Shown one piece after another: positions 14,075 to 28,130 of a stretch of 64,000 nt of DNA (its first letter is position 1; each line of letters starts with the position of its first letter). The notes under the pieces are model-generated. The model saw only the letters and a program-made list of their open reading frames with translations. It searched no databases and was not told where the DNA came from. Position numbers and translations under genes: made by a program. The stretch covers positions 86,552,001-86,616,000 of the forward strand of contig OX597818.1 of assembly GCA_951406725.2 (NCBI GenBank), read 5' to 3'. Source of the stretch: Octopus vulgaris. Lineage: Eukaryota.

Positions 14075-14688
14075 CCATGTATCTATCCCCTACCAACATA
14101 ATTTAGTGGTTCAGCAAAAGAGACCGATAGAATAAGTACCAGACTTTAAAAAAATAATTTCTGGGGTCGATTTGCTCGACTAAACTCTTTGATACAATGC
14201 TGCAGCATGACCGCAATATAATGACTGCAACAAATGATTAAAAAAAACCAATAAAGAGCTCGTTGGTAAAAGGAAGCAAGTGATATTAAAACAAAACAGC
14301 ACAAAAAAGAACCTTGAGAAGCCCTGACGTAGAATCTGATTCAATGGCTCTTTACGCTAGATATGTTTAACAGAGGCTTGTTTCTTCTATCCCTAAGCTA
14401 GCCGTATTGCGCAAAAAGAAAAACTGATCACATACATCAAAGGTTATGATATCTAGACATTTATCTATTTCATTTCAGAAGCCAACTCAAACATAGCTTA
14501 AGCTCCAGGTTACTAAATTTTCACACTGATTAAACTCTGTATTATTTCAATACATCAATGTAAAATGAAAACCCTTAAGTTATATTAACAAAGGTCAGAC
14601 CTTGATGTCTGACTTCAATACTGTAAGCTATAACAACATATCTAAAATCGTCTAATTATAAAAGTGCTTCGTTAAGTATTTATTCCTA

Positions 14689-14754
<66 letters not shown>

Positions 14755-15014
14755 CGTTTGCCCAGAAGCTGTGTTCCGAACCTATTTTCAATTCAATTAT
14801 TATAACATCGATATAAACCATGAACTTTCTTCCTTCCTTCCGCATAAGAATACTTTTCAAACCATCTTTTGAGAAATAATACTGCAAAAAAAAAAAAAAA
14901 AACCTCCGAGTGGTTTATAGTTTCTTTTAAAAGAAATGCTGATTCAAGGCTTCCAACAAGGCAAGATATAAATCACCATGCCTTTGAAAAGAGGGACCAT
15001 ATCTTTTTTTTTGC

Positions 15015-15240
<226 letters not shown>

Positions 15241-15322
15241 TGTGTTGGTGTCCTAGTGGTCTTGTTGATAAAGACTTGAGAACAGCGACCTTGATAGCAT
15301 ATCAAGTTGGGTTCAATTTCAA

Positions 15323-15535
15323 AGGTGGCAAGCTGGCTGAATTTTTAGCACGCGGAACGAAATGCTTAGTAGTATTTCGCCTGTCGCTACGTTCTGAGTT
15401 CAAATTCCGCTGGGGTCGACTTTGCCTTTCACCCTGTCGGAGTCGATAAATTAATTACCGGTGAAACAATGGGGTCGGTGTAACCGACTAGTCTCCTCTC
15501 CCAAAATTCCAGGCCTTGTGCTTTTTGTAGAAAAG
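15323..15535 (+). mobile_element. SINE group B
   Basis: Multi-copy core. Confidence 0.8.
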
Positions 15536-15595
15536 ATGATTATTATTATTATTAGTAGTAGTAGTAGTAGTAGTGCTGTTGTTGTTGTTATTATT

Positions 15596-15925
15596 ATTGA
15601 TGAAAACTCTCAGCTTATTTTGCTGTATATAAATGGAAAATGTCAGCTGCCCACAGCCAGGCCAGCAGACTAAGGTGACATTTATTTACTGATCATGCTT
15701 CTAGAACCCTGTGGAGAACTCTTGCAGTTCCAAGCAATGCTGATTTTTTTTGTCGCTGTTCTATCTTTACATTTGTACCAATCTTTTTGAGTCGTGTTGG
15801 TAGTCGAGTGTTAATACTTCTAGGCGGAAAAATCACTATTGGTATCACGTCCACTCTCTTCATTGCCCAAAACTTGCGTATTTCCCACTTCAATTCATCG
15901 TAGTTGTTCCGTTTACATTTTGCAA
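15596..15925 (-). pseudogene. 3' end of an RLE-type (R4/Dong-like) non-LTR retrotransposon
   Basis: Peptide YDELKWEIRKFWAMKRVDVIPIVI...KKSALLGTARVLHRVLE* matches the C-terminus of restriction-like-endonuclease LINEs; short 3' UTR ends in an (AAT)-rich tract. Confidence 0.75.
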
Positions 15926-16619
15926 TGCGTGAATAAAATCTTACTCCAGGTCTGCTTGATGCTTTACATGTATAACAGGAAAAAGTAATTTTCAATTTCG
16001 ATTTTATTTCACACAGGGATGCTTGATAAATCTTATGTAATGTCTTCACTAGTAAGAGTAGTCCTTCCAAAAAAGTCGGTTATTTTGTTAATATATTCAT
16101 TTTAATCAACAGTGTAATGCTAATGTAAAAGAATTGGCCTTCTCTTTCTTCGGATCCGTCTCTCAGATTGTAGTAAACAATGCAAAACAACTACTAAACA
16201 AAAGAAAACAAATTGTAAACAAAAAACATATTAATGAACACACAAGCATAACAGAAACAGAAATATATCACTTCAATAGGAAAATATAGCATAGTAAACA
16301 ACCAATTTGGCAGCCACAACAACAGTATAAAATGCATGTGCCAAGGCTATCCGTCGCAATATTTTTTCCTTTCTAAACAAAAAGTTCTTGATATGGAGCA
16401 CTTTGCTGGAAGATCGAAATCTTGCAAATATCTTGTATATCGGACTGACACCAGTCCTTTAAAAACAGGTAAGAGACGAGTGTAAGTGAAATATCTGTCA
16501 TTGAGAAATAAAATATATGTTTTACATGTGTCATCTTTAAAACAGAAGCTGAGACAAAAGCTGAAAACCAAATACTACACAATACATCTGCGTTTGCTCT
16601 GGAGTATTTAGAAAGGAAG

Positions 16620-16730
16620 AACAAAAGAATCACCTTCAAGGACATCGGTGACAAGCTAGCAATCACTTTCGTGACACAATATGGATACTTGAACTGTAGA
16701 TATGTAACCTTCGGCAATATGTAGCCAAGC
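16620..16730 (+). pseudogene. Possible Gypsy-type RT remnant
   Basis: DKLAITFVTQYGYLNCRYVTFG resembles the TxFxTxxGxxxxxxxPFG motif. Confidence 0.3.
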
Positions 16731-17499
16731 GGGACCGCCAATGACGTGCATGTTCTCATGATCCAGCAAGACCGCAAAACAATATCAGGACTGTGTATAT
16801 AGAAGGTGCCGAGGAGAAAATCTCAAAGTTCAACGTGTAAGATAGACAACCTAGCTGTTACGTATGTGGCAGCAAAAGCCATCTTAAAACTTTCTGTACA
16901 AAAATCTAAAAGGGCAGAACAAAGGCACCAACAGCAAATCGCAGAGGATGTCGGTTCTAGGGCGACAACAGTCACAACTCATGAATTGGCAAATGAGACT
17001 ACATCGTCCTCATTATCGGTAAAAATAACTACACAAGTAAAAAATATAAACATCTTGTTTTAAGTATTGTGAGATTTATCATACTGGTGTCAACGTTTGT
17101 GTCTTATTTTTAATTTGTCCAACTACGTATCGTATGTCTTTCATCTCCACCCTCATGTTTGTACAATTTCTCCGTCTCACCCTACACGTTTTTGTAAGCT
17201 TCTGGTTTAACGCTACCTTATATTTTTTCTGTAGCTCTTCGAACCCTTGTGACTAATAAAGAAAACGTTATCATTAGTAAACACTCCAGTAAGAGAAGAA
17301 AGATGAGGTGATGGTAGTGGTTGTGGTGGTTGTGGTGGTGGTGGTGGTGGTGGTGGTGGTGGTGGTGGTGGTGGTGGTGGTAGTGGTGGTGGAACATGGT
17401 TGATGTTATTCTTGTTTCACGTTATCTTTTCGCCATTGCTAACGTATGTTTATTAAATATGCGTACATACGTACTCACACTCACAAACACAAACACACA

Positions 17500-17721
17500 C
17501 ACATACATACATGCATGCATACATACATACATACAAACATACATACATACATACATACATGCATACATACATACATACATACATACATACATACATACAT
17601 ACATACATACATACATACATACATACATACATACATACATACATACATACATACATACATACATACATACATACATACATACATACATGCATACATACAT
17701 ACATGCATACATACATACATA
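17500..17721. repeat. (CATA)n microsatellite
   Basis: Direct inspection. Confidence 0.95.
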
Positions 17722-17994
17722 GTAAATGATGGTACCTCAGGATGACCACAGCCCCTGGCTGAAACCAATAAGAAAATTAGATAAGTATACATATGTATTT
17801 ATAAACACATAGTAATGTGGGTAAAGATACAGGTGTGCGTGTGGGTTAGAAATAAGTCTTCATGTAATTTTATTAATACATACATTAATTGAATAAATGT
17901 ATGTACGTGTGTATAAGTCTGCATATGTAACTGAATACACACTTTGGTTTCAAATTTTGGTAGAAGACCAGCAATTTCGTGCGAGGATCTAAGT

Positions 17995-18091
17995 CAGTGG
18001 TTCCCAACCTTTTCACAATGGTTCCCAACAATGGTTCCCAGGCCTTTTATTTAAATGAGTTTTCCCACGGACCCCTTTTAATCTGCTTATA

Positions 18092-18129
<38 letters not shown>

Positions 18130-18207
18130 TTTGAATTTTGTTCACGGACCCCCAGTACTACCTTTGTGGACTACCAGGTGTCGCGGACCCCGGGTTGGGA
18201 ACCACAG
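17995..18207. mobile_element. hAT-type MITE inserted in a group B SINE (17946-18380, -)
   Basis: TIRs cagtggttcccaacc / ggttgggaaccacag; 8-bp TSD-like atctaagt / gtctgagt; host SINE resumes after it. Confidence 0.8.
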
Positions 18208-18392
18208 GTCTGAGTCGGTTACATCGATCCCAGTGTTCAACAGATACTTATTTTATCAATCCCAAAAGGATCCTGGGTAAAGTCGACCTCGGTGGCATTT
18301 GAGCCCCCAAAAACGTAAAGACGGACGAAATACCGCGAAGTATTTCACCCGGCGTGCTAATGATTCTGCCAACTCACCACATTACTGAATCT

Positions 18393-18564
18393 TTACTCTT
18401 TTTTTTTTTTACTTTTTTACTTGTTTCAGTCATATGACTGTGGCCATGCTGGAGCACCGCCTTTAGTCGAGCAAATCGATCCCAGGACTTATTCTTTGTA
18501 AGCCTAGTACTTATTCTATCGGTCTCTTTTGCCGAACTGCTAAGTTACGGGGACGTAAACACAC

Positions 18565-18630
<66 letters not shown>

Positions 18631-18960
18631 CATAAGGCTTGGGCCCCGTGCCATAAAACAAAAATCGCACTCTCATCGTATATCAATTGGCCCCGCTCTC
18701 TTTAACATTACATATGATACGAATGGCAATTCCTTCAAGAAATCCGGATAAACCCTACACCGGATATGTTTCTGTCTTCACCAAATCCAATAATGGCCGA
18801 AACCTCAAAGTATCAAAGTATCAAAGCTTTGGTCGGCCCCAAATCCCTCACAAGAGGCTATAGTAGAAGACACATGCCCAAGGTGCCACGCAGTGGGACT
18901 GAACCCGGAACCATGTGTTTGTTAAGCAAGCTACTTACCACATAGCCACTCCTACGCCTA
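18393..18960 (-). mobile_element. SINE group A, interrupted
   Basis: 3' part 18393-18568 and 5' part ~18760-18960. Confidence 0.8.
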
Positions 18961-19599
18961 CATATATATTAGCGTATATATGTGCCACTGAAGCAAGCAA
19001 AAAAAAAAATGGATTCTTGAATACTATTTGCGACTTAGGACGTGAAAAAAATGATCAGATTCAATTGATATACATAAACAAACAAAAACCAAAAAGAAAA
19101 AAACATTTATTTTTCCCTCTTTTATTTTTTATACTTTCACTTTCTCTATCGTCTCGCTGTTGCTGTTGTGACTGTAATTGACGTTGATTCTTTGTTGCTT
19201 CTGTAGCTGTTGTTGCTGTTGTTATTGTTGTTGTTGCTACTGTTGCTTCTACCGCTGTTGTTGTTGTTGCTGCTGCTGCTGCTGCTGCTACAGTTTCTGC
19301 TGCTGTCTTCTTCTACTTCTTCCAATCAGTACTCACACCATTAACCACAAAGAATAATCTCTAATTCGAGCCTACTCTAAGCTGCTAAGATTGCGTGTGG
19401 CAACTTGAAGAACCAGCCACCACACGCGATAGACTGGCGGTTGCACGGGCGCGAAAGCTACGTTGTTATCCTCATTCCGTAAACGGTGGCTTTTAACGGG
19501 TGGAGGGCTGAATCATCCAGGGGTACAAAGGATTCTCAATCTAGACTAGGGTTTGAAAGTTTACCAAACCATAGTGTATTACACCATGGTTCCTCTGCT

Positions 19600-19808
19600 T
19601 TGTGGCAGAAGTAGGAAGAAAGAGTAAGAGAAAGTTGTGGTGAAAGAGTACAGCGGGGTTCACCCCTGCGCCCCCCCCCCCCCGCCGGGGCCTCGTGGAG
19701 CTTAGGTATTTTTGCTCAATAAACACTCACAATGCCCGGTCTTGGAATCGAAACCGCGTTCTTACGACCGCAAGTCCGCTGCCCTAACCAGTGGGCCATT
19801 GCGCCTCC
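19600..19808 (-). mobile_element. SINE group C, tail type 4
   Basis: Head ggaggcgcaatggccc...gtttcgattcc; homologous to 24155-24277. Confidence 0.75.
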
Positions 19809-19811
19809 CCT

Positions 19812-20722
19812 CTGCTGCTGTTGCTGCTACCGCTGCTGTTGTTGCTGCTGCTACTGATGATACTGTTGCTGCTGCTGTTGTTGCTGTTATTTCTGTTGTT
19901 GCTTCTGCTGCTGCTGTTGCTGCTACAGTCGCTGCTGCTATCGCCGCTGCTGTTATTGTTGTTATTATCGTTGCTGTGGCTGCCTTTTTCTGCTGCTGCT
20001 GCTGCTGCTGCCACTGCTGCTGTAGCCGTTACTTCAAGTGTTGTTGATACTGCTGTTCTTGTTGCTGTGGATGTCATGCTGCTGCTGTTGTTGTTGCCGG
20101 CTGCTGTTGCTGCTGTTGTTGCTGCCGGGTGATGCTGTTGTTGCAGGCTGTTGTTGTTGTTGCTGCTGCTGTTGCTGCTGCTGTTGTTGTTGCCGGCCGC
20201 TGTTGCTGTTACTGCTGTTCTTATTGCCGGCTGCTGCTGTTGTTGCTGCTGCTGTTGTTGTTGTTGCTGCTGGCTGCTGCTGCCGCTGTTGTTGACGCTG
20301 GCCGCTGCTGCTGTTGCAGTTGTTGCCGGCTGCTGTTGTTGTTACTGCTGTTCTTCTTGCCGGCTGCTGCTGTTGTTGCTGGCTGCTGCTGCTGTTGTTG
20401 CCGGCCGCTGTTGTTGTTGCTGCTGTTATTTTTGTTGTTGTTGCCGGCTGCTGCTGCGGTTGTTATTGCCGGCTGCTGTTGTTGTTACTTGCTGCTGTTG
20501 TTGCTGCCGACTACTGCTCTTGTTGCTGCTGTTGTTGATGCCGGCTGCTGTGCTTGCTGTCGTTGTTGTTATTGTTGTTGTTATCGCTGCTACTGCTGTT
20601 GCTGCTGCTGTTCTTTCTGATGCTATTGCTGCTGCTGTCGTTCCTGCAGCTACAGTTGCTGCTGCTGCTGCTGTTGTTGCTATTATTATGGTCTTGTGAC
20701 TATTATTGTTGCTGTTGTTGCT
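19812..20722. repeat. Degenerate (GCT/GTT)n repeat with recurring gccggc motif
   Basis: Direct inspection. Confidence 0.9.
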
Positions 20723-20864
20723 TTGTCCTAATCTCACAGACTTATGACCAAAAGAATTCCACCAATGACCACACCGCCTAATATTTTCGGGTATTGTGTA
20801 CAAAAACGATGGGAAAGAGTTCGAGGCAGTTTTGACAGTTGTTTCTAGCAGGTTGAGCGGTCTT

Positions 20865-21130
20865 GGTCATAGTTGTTATTGTTGTTGTTATTGAAGTTAG
20901 AATTGTGGCTGTAGCAACAATTATTGTTGTTGGTGTTGTTGTTGTTGTTGTTGTTGTTGTTGATGATGATGATGATGATGATACCTTGATGATATTCACG
21001 ACGATTTTGCTCATGTTGATAATCTTGCAGTTGTTGTTGATAATGGTTATGATTTTGATGTCGATGATGATGGTGAGGAGGAGGAGGAGGAGGAGGAGGA
21101 TGGTGGTGGTGGTTGTGGTGGTGGTGGTGG

Positions 21131-21162
<32 letters not shown>

Positions 21163-21332
21163 GGGATGACGGTGATGATGGTGATTATGGGGATGGTGAT
21201 GATGGTAATGATGATGAAGATTATGATCATAATGCCGTTGATAATAAAGATGGTATTGCCGATGATAATGATGATGAAGATGATGATGACGGTGCTGCTG
21301 CTGCTGCTGATGATGATGATGATGATAATGAC

Positions 21333-21383
<51 letters not shown>

Positions 21384-21440
21384 CTTGTCGTAGTTGTAGA
21401 TGATGTTGTCGTGGTTGTAGATGATGTTGTCAATGTTACT
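20865..21440. repeat. (GTT)/(GAT)/(GGT) compound trinucleotide repeat
   Basis: Direct inspection. Confidence 0.9.
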
Positions 21441-21754
21441 GTTGACGCTGCTTCGTTCCAGCTTTTGCCTTATACGCAGCAATACAACTCTATACACACC
21501 AATGTACACACACACTCATACACACTAACATACATGCTGAGATGAAATTGCATTTTATTCCTTCCTTATATAGGAACAGGTGCACGGGGATAGCTCGTTA
21601 ACCACGAGGGACTTGTACACATGAAAATATTTCAAACACATACTTACGTACTTACATACAAAATCTTGTTTTTGTTTCTAAATTTACTACAGCTTATATT
21701 ATATATATATATATGCGTGTGTTCGTGTGTGCATACATACCCATATACACACCT

Positions 21755-21838
<84 letters not shown>

Positions 21839-21938
21839 ATATATACAACGTGTATATACATACACACATATTTTTATATATATATGTGCACACACATGTA
21901 TTTGTGTACATATGCATATATATATGTATATGTATACA

Positions 21939-21995
<57 letters not shown>

Positions 21996-22288
21996 TGTAT
22001 TTATACGTATAGCAATATCTATTCAAAATGTTAGGCAAAATCGACCTTGGCGAAATTTGAACTCAGAACATAAAGACGGACGAAATTTGCTTCAGCATTT
22101 TGTTCGGCTGCCTTAAGAAGAATATTTATATTATAATTCTGTTTGTTCGTTCGTTCACACGTTACGCTTTAGTTTGTTAGAGAGATGAGGAGGTGGAGTG
22201 AGTGAGAAAGGTGGGGAGAGAGTGGCAAAAGGAAAAGGAGAGCGAGAGAGGAAAAATGAGTGTGACGGTAAGAGAAAGGGAGTAAAAA

Positions 22289-22520
22289 GGCGGCGAGCTG
22301 GCAGTAACGTTAGCATGCCGGGCGAAATGCTTAGCAGTATTTCGTCTGCCGCAACGTTCTGAGTTCAAATTCCGCTGAGGTGGACTTTGCCTTTCATCCT
22401 TTCGGAGTCGATTAAATAAGTACTAGTTACGCACTGAGGTCGATATAATCGACTTAATCCGTTTGTCTGTCCTTGTTTGTCCTCTCTGTGTTTAGCCCCT
22501 TGTTGGTAGTAAAGAAACAG
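22289..22520 (+). mobile_element. SINE group B, young, with TSD
   Basis: TSD-like ggtaagagaaagggagt / ggtaagagaaaaggagt. Confidence 0.9.
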
Positions 22521-22739
22521 GTAAGAGAAAAGGAGTGGAGTGAATTTGACAACGGTTAGCTAGCCGGTGCATAGCGCTATTATTCATGCGGTTAGTGGAA
22601 GTGTGAGATGAAGAGAAAATGATATAAATGTTTGCGATGAGAAGAGGGGAATTACGTGATTAAAGAACATGTTGAAGTAAGAGGTAAAGTGAAAATAAAA
22701 AGAGACAGACAGACAGAGAAAGAAAAAGATATATATTTT

Positions 22740-22854
22740 TTCAGGGGCCCTTAAAACACTATTGTGGATCCTCATTTTACTATTATGTTGCATGGATCCC
22801 AAAAGTCTAATATAGATTCTCAGGGGTCATATGACCCCCGGTTGAGAACCACTG
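22740..22854. mobile_element. One end of an hAT-type MITE
   Basis: Terminal ggttgagaaccactg resembles the TIRs of 17995-18207 and 45378-45578; no partner TIR seen. Confidence 0.5.
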
Positions 22855-23342
22855 CACTTAGGGACCAGCTCAAATGGTTACGGTCAAGCAACTGACAAGT
22901 AAATCTGTGGTAGTGAGCAGAATAATTGCTATAACGATATTTCTGCTAAGCAACTCAGCGCTGAATGTCTGAAATGTAATGGAAAAGAGGTCAGTTTCAA
23001 AACATTGATGTCTAGGTCACAGAAGCAAAGTTTGAAGGGAATGGTAGTCATTTCCTTTGATTTCTAGGTAGAATCAAATTGAAAATAACACATACTGACC
23101 AAAGATACAAAAAAAATGAAAAATAAAAATTTTGTTACACTGTGTAATTAATATTACATGATTAGAAAAGCGTGATGTGTAATAGAAAATGAAGACTGAC
23201 TTTACTTATAAAACAAGAATGATAAAAAAAAATACAGGGAAAACATAAATTCATTTAAAAGTTTCGCTTGATCGTAGCGGGTTAATCTGGTTATAGCAAG
23301 AAAAATAGGGAGAAAACTGTCCCACCCAACCTGGTGTAAAAG

Positions 23343-23590
23343 TGTGTGGCCTAGTGGTAAGAATGTTGTATTCACAATCACAACATCGTGGTTTCGATTC
23401 CAGAACTGGGCGATGCCTTATGTTCTTGAGCAAAATACTTCATTTACGTTGCCCCAGTTCAGTTTTCTGCAAATGCGTAACCTTGCGACTAACTGGCGTA
23501 CCGTCAAAGAGAATAGCCTAACCTCGGTCACTTAGATACGACATGGAAACCGAATAACCAGTACTCTGAATCCTAAGGCTTGACACAGTA
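23343..23590 (+). mobile_element. SINE group C, old
   Basis: tggcctagtggtaag...gtttcgattcc...ttcttgagcaaaatacttcattt. Confidence 0.7.
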
Positions 23591-23727
23591 ATGTCCAGAG
23601 GACATAATTTTACTTTTTTATATTATTCCCTCCCCAGGTGGAAACCTTAGTAACTTACAAATCTATTTGCCTTACTGCGTTTGGACAACTAAAAGTTCAG
23701 TAGTTTTAGAATATTTTCTGAGAATAA

Positions 23728-24150
23728 GGCAGCGAGCTGACAGAATGGTTAGCACGCCAGGCGAAATGCTTAGCGGTATTTCGTCTGTCTTTACGTTCTG
23801 AGTTCAAATTCCGCCGAGGTCGACTTTGCCTTTCATCCTTTCGGGGTCGATAAATTAAGTACCGGTTATGCACTGGGGTCGATGTAATCGACTTAATACC
23901 TTTGTCTGTTCTTGTTTGTCCCCTCTATATTTAGCCCCCTGTGGGCAATAAAGAAATATGAATGGTTAGCACGCCGGGCAAAATGCCTAGAGGCATTTCG
24001 TCCGTTTTTGCGTTCTGAGTTCAAATGCCGCCGAGGTCCACATTGCCTTTCATCCCTTTCGGGGTCAATAAAAGAAGCACTGGTCTATTACTGGGGTCAC
24101 TGTAATCGATTTATTCCTTCTCTTGAAATTGCCGGCCTTGTGACGAAATA
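23728..24150 (+). mobile_element. SINE group B dimer
   Basis: Young unit followed by old unit restarting at gaatggttagcacgcc. Confidence 0.85.
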
Positions 24151-24154
24151 TTGA

Positions 24155-24277
24155 GCCTCATGGAGCTTTAAGGTGTTTTCGCTCAATAAACACTCACAAC
24201 GCCCGGTCTGGGAATCGAAACTGCGATCCTACGACCGCGAATCCGCTGCCCTAACCACTGGGCCATTGTGCCTCCAC
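24155..24277 (-). mobile_element. SINE group C 5' part
   Basis: Homologous to 19690-19808. Confidence 0.8.
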
Positions 24278-24731
24278 ATTTAACTACATATAAACTTTAA
24301 TTTGGCTATCTACCAATTTATCACGAAGTTAGAAAGAGGAAGGAGTTAGCGTTCAAGCCGGGAACGAGGATAAAAGAAAGCCATAAAAATGGAAATGAAT
24401 GGCAGAGGAAGGAAACAGTAACGCAGAACGGCACCGTCTTTTCAATTTTGAGCAGATAACATTTAACAATGAGAAACGGTAATTATTTGTTTAGAGACTT
24501 ATTACTTTTGATTAATGACAATGGCAATTACCATAATCTTCGCGAAGAAGCTGTCTAAAGTAAGCTGTAAAGTTAAGAGTATTTTGCTAAACTCATTGTA
24601 AAATCATTAACAAAATCAAATGAACTTATCTCTTTGATAGATTTCATCGCTAAATAAACATGAGCGATGATAATTGCTTGTTTAGTGTATTATCACACTT
24701 TCTTGATGGAAATATTAGTTGCCGTACTGAA

Positions 24732-25568
24732 GGCGGCAAGCTGGCAAATTCGTTAGCACGCCGGGCGAAATGCCTACCGGCATTTCGTCTGCCGTTACGT
24801 TCTGAGTTCAAATTCCGCCGAGGTCGACTTTGCCTTTCATCCTTTCGGGGTCGATAAATTAAGTACCAGTTACGCACTGATGTCGACGTAATCGATTTAA
24901 TTCCTTTATCTGTCCTTGTTTACTCCTCTATATTTAGCTTCTTGTGGACAATAAAGAAATAAGAATCGTTAGCACTCTGGAAAAAATGCATTTCGTCCGT
25001 TTTTACGTTCTGAATTCAAATTCCGCCGAGGCGGTCTTTGCTTTTCATCACTTTTGGGGTCGATGAAGTAAGTACTGGTTTAGCACTGGGGTTGATGTTA
25101 TCGACTTACACCCTCTCCCGAAATTGCTGAACTTGTGCCAATGTTTGAAACCAATAACTAACTGTACTGAGGGCGGTGAGCTAGCAGAATCGTTAGCACG
25201 CCAGGCGAAATGCTTAGCGGTATTTAGTCTGCCGCTACGTTCTGAGTTCAAATTCCGCCGAGGTCGACTTTGCCTTTCATCCTTTCGGGATCGATTAAAT
25301 AAGTACCAGTTACGCACTGGGGCCGATATGATCGACTTACTCTGTTTGTCAGTCATTGTTTGTCCTCTCTGTGTTTAGCCCCTTGCGGGTAGTAAAGAGA
25401 TAGGTATTTCTTCCGTCTTTACGTTTTGGGTTCAAATTCTGCCGAGGTCGACTTTGATTTTCATCCCTTTCAGGATTGATAAGATAAGTACCAATTTTGC
25501 ACTGGGGTCATCGTAATCGATTTGTTCCTTCTCATGAACTTGCTGGCTTTCTGCCAAAATTAGAATAC
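24732..25568 (+). mobile_element. Cluster of four SINE group B units (two dimers)
   Basis: Four repetitions of the group B core. Confidence 0.85.
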
Positions 25569-26927
25569 AATATCAGTTGCCGTTCTCTCCGTTAAGAAAC
25601 CATTTTCGTTTTATTTTTATTCTTAGCAGTCCAAAATATTAATATTAAGCATAGACGAGTAGATATTGAACGTGCGGTGTTAACGTTTGAATTGGTTGCC
25701 ATATCATTGTAGCAATTTAGGTTCATTGTAAAAATGGCGGTTAAATTATTGTTCGTCGGTTTACCGAGAGCAGTCGAATGCTTACGAAAAGGAAAATAGC
25801 AATATTGAATAGAGGAGTCTAACTGACAACTACGTTGATCTCTTTCCCACAGTCAAAGTAGTGACTTTGTGAGGTCGTTAAAATGTCGGACGTTAGAATA
25901 CTTCATGGTATTTCTTGTTCCGACTCTTAGCCTTCTGAGTTCAAATCCTACCATGATCTTAAGCTGTATACTTAACCTGTCGCCCGGTTTAACACCATCA
26001 GGTAGCACCTTGGGTACGTCTAGTCGAGTCCACTCTGTTGTAAGCATTCGGGTCAGGTCTCCTCCATCCTGAGAATACTTTCTGCCTTCCATCTCAACCA
26101 CAAGTTTCGGAGGCCCTCTGTAAATGGTTCATGAGAATTGTCTTCTCTCTTGACTAAAAGATTTTTAGAAAACAGTCATCAGCGTTAGAGATACATAGAC
26201 GAAAATTTACATCAGAAGACAGTGAAAACAAAAGAGAAAATGAGACTGGAAAAGTTAACATAACACCACAGTAAGAAAATACCAAAACAAAATGGAAGAA
26301 TTAGAAAAATGAGACTGTAAAAGAAAAAGATGAGAAAATATGCAAGAAAGACGAGAAAAAATCAAGTGATTATGAGAAATAAGATTGCAGTGAATGGTAG
26401 AAAATTATAGAAAGAAAATATCATAAGAAAATAAAAAGGACAAAGAAATAAGAATGCAAAAACGAAAGAAAAAGAAAGAAAAAGAATGATAGGTAAAAAG
26501 AAAAAAAAAGCATAAGAGAGTGAAAGAAACTGAAATATAAGATTAAAAGTTTTGTAGAGAAAAAATCTACAGAAATAATTTGGACAAATGTAATGGCGGT
26601 GTACAGCGTATAATTATGATCCTAACCACGATTGTTTATCTAAAAAAATTGTGTCTCTGGGCTTCGTATGCAAAACATGTGATAAGTGTGGTGCTAGAAT
26701 GTAAGACAAGGAATCGTGTGGCTTATGATATTGCAAGTTGACCCAGTAGAATATAGAGTAACGATTCAGAAAGTATGTCTTTTTCTAAAAACATACAAAC
26801 AAACAATTGTGCTTTTTAGATTAAAGGATTTCGAGCAAAGATTATCAGTTTAGAGTGGGTTTATGTCAAATTTTAATGTGTCGAAACAAATTTATCGAGG
26901 GATTTGGTTGTCTCTCCGCCTTTGGAG

Positions 26928-26990
26928 TAGGAATCCTCAACCACCGGGTCGCGGATCGTTTGGTACCGCGCCGCACAGAGAGAACAAATT
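26928..26990 (+). mobile_element. hAT (Charlie/MER1-like) terminal fragment
   Basis: Homologous to the reverse complement of 61970-62030. Confidence 0.55.
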
Positions 26991-27019
26991 TTTAACTTCT
27001 ATTCTATTAACTATTGCAT

Positions 27020-27400
27020 ACTTTTCTACTCTAGGCACAAGGCCCGAAATTTTTGGGGAGGGAGGCAGTCGAATAGATCGACCCCAGTACACAACTGGTA
27101 CTTAACTCATCGACCCCGAAAGGATGAAAGGCAAAGTCGACCTCGGCGGAATTTGAACACAGAAGGTAAAGACAGACGAAATACTTATTTCTTTACTAAA
27201 CACAAGGGGCTAAACACAGAGGGGACGAACAAGGACAGACAAACGGATTAAGTCGATTATATCGACCCCGGTGCGTAACTGGTACTTATTTAATCGACCC
27301 CGAAAGGATGAAAGGCAAAGTCGACCTCGGCGGAATTTGAACTCAGAACGTAGAGACAGACGAAATACGGCTACTCATTTCGCCCGGCGTGCTAACGTTT
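27020..27400 (-). mobile_element. SINE group B dimer
   Basis: Reverse complement of two group B units. Confidence 0.85.
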
Positions 27401-27455
27401 ATCAAAGTGCCAACGGACGAAACTCTTTGATGTTGAATTACTCGGTTGCTTCTGC

Positions 27456-27504
<49 letters not shown>

Positions 27505-27620
27505 CCGAAATTTGCCATGATGATTCGGTTTCTGACTGAAGATTGAAGGCTTCGAATGACTTGTCTGTTTTCTGTGTTCGTCCCTTCGTGTTTTTCACGT
27601 TCTTTATATATAAATTTTTA

Positions 27621-27694
<74 letters not shown>

Positions 27695-27843
27695 TATTAG
27701 AGCGAAACCACTATGTGGAGACCCATATGCTAGAAATAGATCCGCTATGGTCTTACCACTAAGAAATGTTCTCAAGAAAAATTTAGCAAAACAACAAAAC
27801 GTAATCGAGCACGACAAAAAAAAGCAATAAAAATATGGATTAT

Positions 27844-27901
27844 TCACATACGTGTTTCACTATTAACATATTACGTAAATGTCCGTAGATCATCGGTGTG
27901 A
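27844..27901 (-). ncRNA. Minimal type-I hammerhead ribozyme (CCGAUGA core variant)
   Basis: UCACA-CCGAUGA-(stem II)-GAAA-CACG-UA-UGUGA; 5-bp stem I. Confidence 0.6.
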
Positions 27902-28059
27902 CCGCTCAAATTAATATAATTTGCAGAACTGCATACTAGGACGTCTGCACGAGACATTTGAAATAGTAACCACGAGTGCAATGAGTAGAACTGTTTGCAA
28001 ATCTGACTTTGTGCGGACGTCCTAGTATGCAGTCCGGCAAATTATATTCATTTGGACGG

Positions 28060-28130
28060 TCACACCGATGATCTACGGATATTTACGTAAGTAAATTACG
28101 TAATACGTTAATAGTGAAACATGTTTGTGA
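28060..28130 (+). ncRNA. Minimal type-I hammerhead ribozyme (CCGAUGA core variant)
   Basis: UCACA-CCGAUGA-UCUA...UAGU-GAAA-CAUG-UU-UGUGA; palindromic stem III ACAUGU. Confidence 0.6.

Noticed and set aside
19784-20803. Poly-Q/Ala/Cys ORFs
   Set aside because: Degenerate GCT/GTT repeat open in several frames on both strands, flanked by SINEs
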